Of a DNA stretch of 64,000 nucleotides, positions 53,838 through 64,000 are shown piece after piece. The translations under genes and the position numbers were made by a program. Within the stretch, counting starts at the first letter, position 1. Every line of letters begins with the position of its first letter. The stretch is from NCBI RefSeq assembly GCF_001194135.2, contig NC_068988.1:25968502-26032501 (forward strand), written 5' to 3'. Under the pieces are notes generated by a model, which made no database searches, had not been told where the DNA came from, and was given only the letters and a program-made list of their open reading frames with translations. The DNA comes from Octopus bimaculoides (lineage: Eukaryota).

Positions 53838-53869
<32 letters not shown>

Positions 53870-53892
53870 CCACACACCCACACACACACATA

Positions 53893-53923
<31 letters not shown>

Positions 53924-54957
53924 GTATGCATGTATGTATAAATGAATATATCACACGTACACGCACACACATACACTCACACACATATCTGTATATGTAT
54001 ATGTGGGTATATACACATATGCACATAACGTGTGTGTGTGTGAGGTGTGAATATACATTTATGTTGGCGAATTTGAAACATTTTTTAATTCAGTATAGAG
54101 ACATAAACTTTGTTACAACGTGGTATGTATTAGCATTTTTAGAAAAATATATTTCCTTATTGAGGAACTTGTATTAATAACGCTACATTCTCTAACACTC
54201 GCATATTATTTGATAAGAAAGTAACAATGAAACGCATGCTATCGCTATTAGTGCTTTTTTCACTGTCACTATCACAGCAAATTCAAGATACCAAAACATA
54301 ATATAATTTAAACTATAAGGAGTGAAATAAGTAAAAAGACGAATAGAAATTTTCCAATAGATCATATTGTGGGTGATATTAATTTCACCTAATGTTAATG
54401 CTTTGGTTGGAAGATATATAGTTCTTTATTAAACTGAGTTAAATATATTTAGTTTCTGAATATCAAGACTAACAAATGCGTATTAAGTCACGTCAATGCA
54501 ACATAAATCTAAGTAAAATTGACTGTTTGGTTACATCAAAGAAAAGACATTGCTTATCTCTGCACATCTGCACTATATTTAATATTTGGGATGAAATATA
54601 TTCTACATAAGACCGTGATGTTTCAGTAAAGAACTTCATTTGCTGTGAACAAAGCTATTTGCTTACAAGAAGTATTTTCCCCGAGTCTTACTAATACATT
54701 TATCCAGATGTCGGTGAATATTAATTTAAATGTCTTTTGAAGCCCAAGTGATTACTTTCAATCTAAACTTACGAAATTGTTAAATCTACAATCTACTCGC
54801 CTAAATGCACAGTGAAACTAGTTCTTTTTTTTTTCAGTAGAAAATAATTTGAAAAAAGAAAAACGAAAAGAAAAAATGAAAACCGAACGATTGAAACACC
54901 GGAAAGAAGTATATCATTGTTGTGAGTGATTGTTCTAAATTGAAAGCTTGTCACAAA

Positions 54958-55015
54958 ACTGAACCCGGAACCATGTGGTTGGCAAGCAAGCTACTTACCA
55001 CAGACCCACTCCTAC
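54958..55015 (-). mobile_element. SINE family A head fragment
   Basis: Reverse complement GTGGTAAGTAGCTTGCTTGCCAACCACATGGTTCCGGGTTCAGT matches the head of the 748-1160 copy. Confidence 0.8.
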
Positions 55016-55089
55016 ATACATACATAAATACATATATATACATACAAACATACATACATACATACAAACATACATACATACATAAATAC

Positions 55090-55126
<37 letters not shown>

Positions 55127-55887
55127 AAAATACCCTGTTGATGTTGAAATTCCGATGAAGTAGACTTGGATCTAGGTTAGATCCTGGTTCTTTCTCTATT
55201 GGTAAGAAATCTTGAAATAAAACTGGATAATGACAGATACATACATATCTTTATATATCTATATATACATAATGCATATATACATATATACATTGGCTCA
55301 TGATATTTGAAAAATAAACAAGAGTACGTGCATTGCGGGTATAGTAACACCGGTAGAAAATAAATAGAGCGGAACAACTCTCTAAAATGTATTCAAGTAG
55401 TAAGAAAAAGATATGCACTAATTAATACAAGTGAGACTTAGAATTCCTAAAGATCTTAATGATAATGCCGCTAATGCAATTTTATTTGCCAATGTGGCTG
55501 CATTCGAGCTCTTGGTATAATTCCGAAATGCTGTTTCTCCTGCTTTTGAATGAAGTGGCTCGATTATGGGTGATAGAATCTTTTATAACGCAGAAGTTCT
55601 TCAATGTATATGGGAAATATATCTGCCATGGAATTCATTTAAGTTACATACTGAGGAGAGAATCTCCCAAGATTTAATATCCCGATAGCAGTATATCACG
55701 TTTGCTACAACGAGGTGAAAAGTTACGTGAAATATTGTGCCATAAATCATGACATATAAGTAGGTTCTCCAATACATTTCTCACTCGAGAATTATATTCT
55801 AAGCTGTCATATCTTTATATAGATGTGTATTTGTGTGTTCGTTGGCGTGTATATATACATATATACATACATGCATACATGCATAAT

Positions 55888-56023
<136 letters not shown>

Positions 56024-56419
56024 GCATATATTGTGTGCGTCTGTGTGCGTCTGTGTGCGTCTGTGTGCGTGCGAATACCTCTAGCTTTCACGGCTTTAAG
56101 CTTTAAAACTTATGATTCGAATGAAATATCTCTGGAGAGGGAGAGCATTTAATGGGATAAACATCCACCAGAAGAATGTTCAAATTAGTAAGATACTTTA
56201 AGTACTAAAATCGAGTACTATTTATGGAAAACATACATTTAAGCTAGTCGTATTCTTCTTCGCGTGAAATTGTTATAATTATTATTACATCTTGGTTCTC
56301 AGTGGTAATCGTGTATGACTAGTTAGAAGGAATTATTTTCTTTTTCGCAAATGTAATGTTGTATCGCCAATGACTCATCCTTAATTTGTAAAACTGTTGC
56401 CCAGAGGTACCGGCAAAGC

Positions 56420-56530
56420 GTAGGGGTGGCTGTGTGGTAAGTAGCCTCCCTACCAACCACTTGGTTCCGAGTTCAGTCCCACTACGTGGCACCTTGGGCA
56501 AGTGTCTTCTACTATAGCCTCGGGACGAAC
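56420..56530 (+). mobile_element. SINE family A 5' portion
   Basis: GTGGCTGTGTGGTAAGTAGC...GTTCAGTCCCACTACGTGGCACCTTGGGCAAGTGTCTTCTACTATAGCCTCGGG. Confidence 0.85.
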
Positions 56531-58129
56531 TTGTTAGAGTAAAAGTAAGACAAAACTAAGAAAGCAAATGCACAATCTACAAGACAGGAAAGGAGACAAA
56601 TGTATTAGCCCTCACTTGAATGAATACATTGTGCTAACGCAAAAAGAGTATAAGTGCAGACAAGGCGCTGTACGTATAAGTGAAAGGTAAGATGTTAGCT
56701 ACGTAAAGAAAGAAAAGAAGATGGTATGAACACAAAAACAATGGGTGTGACAATAACAATGATAATGTTCACCAAACTGATGAAATGTAACATGGAAGCG
56801 ATTATGTTGTTATGGAGGAGGAAATGGATTCGATGAGCAGAAATTAGAAATATAAGAAACAGCAGATCTGCTTGCAATATGTTGCACTGGAATGTGTAAG
56901 AATAATCAGGCATTTCAAAGTCCCTTTTCGCGGATCAATATTTGACTAATCCGTTGAAAGACTGGTTTTGTAAACTTCTTTCATTCCACCTGTCAAACAA
57001 TCTTACTGTCATCATTAAACTCTGCCGGATTCTATCGCCATCGTGACGAACAACGACTTCCATTTCTTTCCGCTTCCATATTTGCTCTTCATATAATGTA
57101 CTATGATTGATTTAGGTTTATGATTACAATCTGATAAAAAATATTTCTGTGGTAATGCAATGGACTAGATATATGACTTATTCTTCATAGAAAATACCTG
57201 AAAACTGATGTGTGGATCTATAACCCAAATCTCCATAGGGACCGAGTGGAACATACTCATATATAATTGAACGAGCAAATATGGATAATGGCAACAGACT
57301 ACGCTCTGTAAGTCACCTATTAGTGCATAATCTTTTTATTCGCTCACTGACCTCACCAGCACTTCTATGTATCAAAGAATCTTTACAATTAAAGAGAAGA
57401 AAAGAAAATATAGCAATCCATTCCTTTCATCGCAGCGTGTGCAGTTTGCTGAAAAAATCTAATTACAGATTCACGCATAAAATCAATAGAAAGACAAGCT
57501 ACACACTCCGTCGATTTTATGACGAGATATTATCCATTAATATCCGGCTAGAAAATCAATCCAGAACGTTTCATTTATACAATTTCGTCTACAGATTACT
57601 TTTTTCGGCTTCTTGGTAATTACGATTTTTATGCACAAGTACAAGGTCAGCCAAGTTTACTACATATTTTGAGGCAGGATTGCACACAATTCCTGCCCGG
57701 GGTAGAAAACTGTGAGCTTTTAACAGGGAGATAAAATCACCATGTTTATTAATATTAAAATGGTTCTACATTTTCTAAAATTTTCATATTCATTAGTCAA
57801 GTAAGACTTATTGCGATTCAAAATCTATTTTGTCCTCTTATTAAAAGAAAGAGGAAGGGTGCCGCCATTTTTCAGAAATATTTCAGTGGGTATGCTACAA
57901 ATTGATAAGTAACTAGTATTGTAGTCTGTACATCCAGCTACGCGCTTTACAAACACATGTATTTCAGCGCCTGAAGTTCTCAAGGCAAAGTTGATCACGT
58001 GAGATTTCCAGTCAGAATATAGAATGAAGTAAACATGTTCTCACTTTATTAATTCTGCCAGACAAAGATTGCAACATTTCCTAATACACTTTCTGTGCAA
58101 GCTTCTCTGTTTGACACATCATCACGCTT

Positions 58130-58330
58130 GTAGAATCGTTACCACGCTAAACGAAATGCTTAGGGGTATTTCACCCGACGCTACGTCCTTAGATCAAACT
58201 CAGCTGAAGTCTACTTTGCCTTTCATCCTTTCGGGGTCGAGAAATTAAGTACCATTCAAGTACTGAGGTCGATGTTATCGACTAGTCCCCTCGCCATTAT
58301 TTGAGGCCTTGTGTCTAGTGTAGAAACGAT
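58130..58330 (+). mobile_element. SINE family B
   Basis: CTTTGCCTTTCATCCTTTCGGGGTCGAGAAATTAAGTACC...TACTGAGGTCGATGTTATCGACT. Confidence 0.85.
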
Positions 58331-61004
58331 TATCTCTGCTATTACGAATCTTATTGCTGTCCTGGCCATTTTTCTGACATTGCTGATGTTTTTGTAAGAG
58401 TTGATGTAAATGTTGTTGTTTTTGAAGTAGTTCTTTTATATGCCTATCAGGCTCTCCTCAATTCCACAGGTGTCAGTGGAACTGGTATAATGATCTTCAA
58501 GTACGAGGAATCACTGTTATGCCGTGCTTTAGTCGGAAGAATTTAATTCATTTCCGGCTACATCGCACAGTTTGTCTCAATGCTATTAAAGAATAAAACT
58601 TACGATAGACAAGATCAGTCGTTATGAGAGCTGCAGCAAGGAGGCCCACTTATTGTTCCATCTCTTCACACAGTATTTGTGTATATATNNNNNNNNNNNN
58701 NNNNNNNNNNNNNNNNNNNNNNNNNNNNNNNNNNNNNNNNNNNNNNNNNNNNNNNNNNNNNNNNNNNNNNNNNNNNNNNNNNNNNNNNNNNNNNNNNNNN
58801 NNNNNNNNNNNNNNNNNNNNNNNNNNNNNNNNNNNNNNNNNNNNNNNNNNNNNNNNNNNNNNNNNNNNNNATATATGTGTGTGTGTGTGTATGAATGTAT
58901 GTATGTCTCTATGCCTATACAGGTACTAATGTATACATGCGGTATGTATTCTATATTCGATTGTATGCAAGCATCAAAATTACATCTACATATAATCATA
59001 CACACATAAAACACACGCACATATATGACCATTTCTTTACCTTATTATTTGGATTAAAATTTACACTTCGTCAAACCCACATTACGGTGTGTTCGTCGTG
59101 GAACAGTAATTTTCTACACCTGTAGAATTCCGACATGGGATGTAAACCCGAAAGTGTTGATAGCCTAGTATTCCAGTTGAATGATTCTTTGGAAATATCT
59201 TGCCTTTACAACCTACACATTGTCATACAGTATCCTTCACTACACATTGTCATACAGCATGACACATTTTCATGCAGCATCCAAAGTACAAGAATCGACT
59301 GATAAATGCATCTGTAAGTAAAAGTTAGAGAAGCGATTTCATCAAAATTTGGAGAGCATTCATTTGGAACTCTTCTTTCATATACAGGTGACATATACTG
59401 TTTTTCTTTATGAAGCAGAAAGACGTGAGGAAATAGAACAGCTTTGCATTTCTAAACAATAATTTATCTAGCATAGACTTACCTAATTAGCATATAGATA
59501 TTCAGATGCTGAGTTTTGGGGAAGAAATGTCTAAGCATAAAGATGGATGTCTGCATTACTTAAATTTGTGATTGAGATAAGTCTGTTGGAAAAATGTTCA
59601 AGGTAAAGAAGGAATTTAGCTGAATTATGTTGATTCAATGTAAATTGAAGCAGCTGAAGAAGATACAAAGACATTTTTTTTGTTGTTAATTTCCCGTCAT
59701 TACCAGCCTACATACAGTGTGTAAAGTGATACATTTTGTGATTAATATTGATTTTTTTTCTACTTTCGAAAGAACTTATTTTATTTACTGAGTAAATATG
59801 AATTAACTTAATTAGTCGTAATATTTATATATCCCAGGTTTACGAAATATAATTTATTGAGCTACTGAAATAAATTAATTGTTTTCATAAAAGTTAATCA
59901 AAAATATTAAATCAAGATTTCAGAATAAGATTTATTTAGCATACTCCAAATCTAATTCGTTACTGCAAAATGTCTTTTATAACTTAAGTTCATTGACTGC
60001 TTCTTGCACATTTTCATCAAATTTATTTTCTCTTAATCGGTAGTTTTAAAATATTATAATATAAACATAACATTTTCTATACTCTATACACGCAAAACCA
60101 AAGACATATTCAACGTTAGTATTCTATAGTTTAAAGAAAAGCCAGTAATGAATGTTAAACATTGTGACAGTATAAATCAATTTCATACTGATGATGTTTC
60201 TGAGCTTAAGATTTCAAAAAAATATATATTGTATAACAAAAAAAGAGAGACTTTTTAACAGTTGTATTGATGTACAAATTTAATCACGTGGAAGAATAAT
60301 TCTATAGTTTTTCTATGCGAGAATAAGAAAGGAAAAAAAAACATAACAAATAAACACATGTAGAAGATGCTAACAGTTATTTATCAGATAAAGTTTATAG
60401 AAATTTAACAGACTGGCAGAAATTCTATTAAAATGTATCCATTTAAAAATTGATGTAACGGATTTTTCTCTGTAACTCCTGTTACATAAAATTCTATTAT
60501 GCAAATTGAATTTTCGAAATACGTAACAAGTATTGTTCATGAACATAGTAATTGTTTACGAATAATATTGGCATTTGAAGTTATAACTGGACTTTGTTCA
60601 ATTTCCATAGCCCATATGTTGTAAACAAATGAGAAACGTAAAGTATTGTTTTATAGAAACAATTCAATGATGATGAATAATACCACACTGCGGAGAAATA
60701 ATGAGAAATTCTGATATTGTTATTCATTAAGAAATTTTGCATCTTATATCTGCGATACTTTGAGATAAAACATTCTATTTATTCATTGAATCTATGTCGC
60801 GAAAAGATGAAATATTTCAAATTGTTGATTTATATTTGTTCTGTTACAAAAGAGACGATGCTCTACAAAGTAGCAGGGAGATTTCCCTATCAAACTACAC
60901 GTTAATATTTTCGGAAACGCCATGATGTTTAATGTACCCCTATGTCTTATATAACTACAAAAATGATTTACTAAGCTTTTACTGGTGGTATTTTCCATTG
61001 TAGT

Positions 61005-61200
61005 GGAGGCAACTACCTTGCAGAATCGGAGGAAATGCTTCCTTTCGGATTTACGTACTAAGTTCAAATGCCGTCGAGGTCGACCTTGTCATTCATACTT
61101 TCATGACCGATAAAATAAATATTACTAATTACTCTGAAGCAGATGGAATGGACTTGTCGACTCCCATTAAGTTGCTAGCCTTGTGCCAAAATTTAAAACG
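61005..61200 (+). mobile_element. SINE family B, degenerate
   Basis: GCAGAATCG head, TAAGTTCAAATGCCGTCGAGGTCGACC and CCTTGTGCCAAAATTT tail. Confidence 0.75.
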
Positions 61201-61679
61201 TTTTTTCACTGTGGCCTCTAATCAAACAGGTAAACTAATTTTCCTTTAAACTATTTCATGCTTGAATATCTGCACTGTGTTATACAAAGTTTATTTTCTT
61301 TTGGAGAACAGAAAATTCAATATTTGACAGCTTTCGCTTTGCATATCAAGAGACAGTGTACACCTAACTCATTATTCTTTATGTAAAGGGGATAGTATTA
61401 GCAGCAATATATTTAGAACACCTCGCCTAGTGTGCCAGCACATTCGTTTGAATGTTCTGTTCGAGAGATCTAGCCCACTTACAGCATCAACACTTAAGTA
61501 AGTGAGTGACTGCACCGAATTTATTAGCGTTGGAAATAAGCCTTCACACTAATTTCAAAGACGTTTCTATCCTCACTGTACATCTTCAAACTAAGAAGCT
61601 GTAAAACTGTAATCTTTTACATCGGTTACATATTGACAATGAATGCATGTTGTCATTCTCCTTGAAAACCAACAAGTCA

Positions 61680-61870
61680 ACGCTGGTGGAACGAATTCAG
61701 AACGTATAAAGCAGTGCAATATTAGAAACTACACCTCTGTTTCGCCGATACTTCCACCGACTAACAATCATAACTTCGGCGGAATTTGAACTCAGAACGT
61801 AACGGCAGAAGATATAATACCACAAGATATTTTGCCCGGCGTGCTAACAATTCTGTCAGCTCGCCACCTT
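61680..61870 (-). mobile_element. SINE family B 5' portion(s)
   Basis: GGCGGAATTTGAACTCAGAACGT...TTGCCCGGCGTGCTAACAATTCTGTCAGCTCGCC. A second, shorter remnant lies at about 61670-61710. Confidence 0.85.
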
Positions 61871-61959
61871 AATTTGCTCTGAATATTGCCATAAAAAATA
61901 AAGGTTATGTAGACTTCACCAGATGAAGAAGCGTATGTGGAGCCTGATATTTTTGTGGA

Positions 61960-62690
61960 ACAGAAAGACTTGAAGTTCTGACAGCTTAGTGTATATTGGA
62001 AGGTCACCTAGTAGATATGGTATCCTTGATGCTGAAATACATCATAGGATTGCAAAAGCTAGTGCTGCTTTCCGGAAACCGGAGATGCCACTCTGGTTAG
62101 ATCGGGGTCTCACGAGAAATATGAAGTTCACTGCATATGAGTCGTGTGTACTTGCAACTCTGCATTGTAACCGGCGCATCCTGAATATAAAGGGGTTCTC
62201 TTACGTGTCTGATGTTGCTGTAATTCAGCTGGCAGCTCCAGTATTGAGAAAAATATAATTATGAAGCATTTGCGTTGAGCTGCTTATGTTGTCAGGTGGG
62301 AAGAAGGCAGGTGACTCAAAGATATGTTTTATGGGGAGCTGACAAGATGGAAAGGCCTCAGATCAAACCTAAGAAGCGGTTTAAGGATGTCATAAAAGGC
62401 AAACTTAAAACTGTGGAGATTGATATGGATATCTGTCAGACACTTGTGGAATGTCGTGTATGAAGACCAAGATTATCAAGCGCAGATGTAAAGTTTTTGA
62501 ACAAAAGAAAATGGAGCATGCTGCTTGAAGCGCTCACTCCATAAGCGGAACACAAGAGCATGGCTATAGAAACCCAGCAGAAGCTGAAGTGCTCTATCAT
62601 TGGACGATTTCTTCTGTCAAGTGCTGAGTTTCTCAGCCATCAAAAGGCATAGGAGCCAGGGAGAGATCAAACTAATTGTGAGATGGTTTT
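61960..62690 (+). mobile_element. RTE (BovB-like) LINE 3' fragment
   Basis: Reads YIGRSPSRYGILDAEIHHRIAKASAAF...RGLTRNMKFTAYESCVLATL, then KPKKRFKDVIKGKLK..EIDMD..QTL and a terminal C..IGR.LLS.AEFLSH. These are characteristic RTE ORF2 C-terminal motifs. Confidence 0.9.
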
Positions 62691-64000
62691 TATACCCAGC
62701 GTATCGCGGATAATTTGTACTGAAAAAAGAAATAAATGTCATATCTCTGAACTTTCCGGCAGAACGAAAGTTGGGTTAGAAAGCTACCTGAGTTGCATCA
62801 ACATGCTATGTTCAGTTATGAGAACGCACATTTCTGGCAAGCAGTGATATACAGCATATTTATACGCACACTCTCACATACGCACACTCGGGTACGAAAG
62901 CACTCACACATGCATCCACAACACACATACACCCACACGCATATTGAATGAATTTTATGTGAAAATTCAATACTATCGTAATTGAAATACTGACTAATAT
63001 TTAATAGATAATTTTTAATAACATGCTAAATTGTTTTATAAATTAAAAATAGTATTACTCCTCAAATACATTTAATAATCAAATATCATCGAAAAGGGGT
63101 TTTTTTCAGTCTAAAAAACCACGTAGATATTTTGCAAGTATTGTAGCTCTAGCAATCGCTAAATAAATGTTTTATTTAACTCATATTGAATTATGTCTAA
63201 TAGAAATTTAATTTTATACATTTCATGCAAATTTACATATAATTATATATCTACTTACTAGAATTGAATTTTGCTTTCTGAATTATATTTTCCGAATTTA
63301 ACATCAAAGTCACGCCAAAAATAGTTTGCAGTTTGCTACGCCATAAAATGTTTCATTTTAAATTTTAAATTCTTATATCATAGATAGTCATCTGCAGATC
63401 GAAATCAATATACTGAAAATTTGCATAAAAACTGCTAATTATTTATCGTTTAGATATTCTGGGTTTAAATTACTAGACTTTGCTGTTTAAAGATTCATTT
63501 TTTGAAAAACATATTCTAAATGTATAATAGTCTTGATTATTTGGTTTTTCTACATAGTTAGGCTTTGATGGATATGCTAAAATTAGGTCGCTGTATTTAT
63601 TACATTATCATTGTGTCGTTCTGCCTCGAAACTAGACAGTCTGCGATAGAAAATGTGTATTATGTCTTGTATTTTTTAAACAATTATATATTTGAAATGT
63701 TTTTTTCTTTCTTTCTGCCTGTATGCAAATGTGATTATAATTGAATATTTTATGAAATATTATCTGAAGATAAGTTTTGCAAATTTCTTTCGTCACACAC
63801 TGCTAATTATCTCTAATTTGTTTAAGACAATTAAAGCTCTATTCTTTCATGGTTGTCAGCATATTGACGTAGACAGCAATCTGACGCAACTCAGGTTTGT
63901 TTTCATAAGTAATGACATCGATAAATGCATGAGATTAGACATGGTTGCTGGTACTATCAGAATAATAATCTGATCTTACTCAGAAAATATCATACTGTTT

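Noticed and set aside
57281-57619. 112-aa plus-strand ORF (also the 106-aa ORF at 10014-10334)
   Set aside because: No recognisable domain, composition typical of AT-rich non-coding DNA, and a length plausible by chance.

Overview
AT-rich eukaryotic genomic DNA from a draft assembly: 12 N-gaps (~3.4 kb in total), most next to microsatellites. The SINE and microsatellite landscape points to a coleoid cephalopod, most likely Octopus; this is inferred from recalled repeat families, not from a search. I recognise no intact protein-coding gene, rRNA, tRNA gene or CRISPR array, so the window looks intronic or intergenic. It is dominated by (a) three tRNA-derived SINE families, (b) decayed fragments of RTE, CR1-like, Tx1/L1-like and Penelope-like retroelements, Tc1/mariner transposons and one MITE, and (c) many simple repeats. 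Nearly all long ORFs in the supplied track come from microsatellites or N-gaps. The most interesting observations are a SINE tail that matches the 3' end of a CR1-like LINE in the same window, a degenerate Penelope-type hammerhead ribozyme motif, a possible decayed penta-EF-hand (ALG-2/PDCD6-like) retrocopy, tandem SINEs at a triplicated target site, a nested transposon cluster at 36-42 kb, and unverified candidate exons (12-18 kb) with a possible promoter/first exon (22 kb). I see no well-supported novel multi-gene system.
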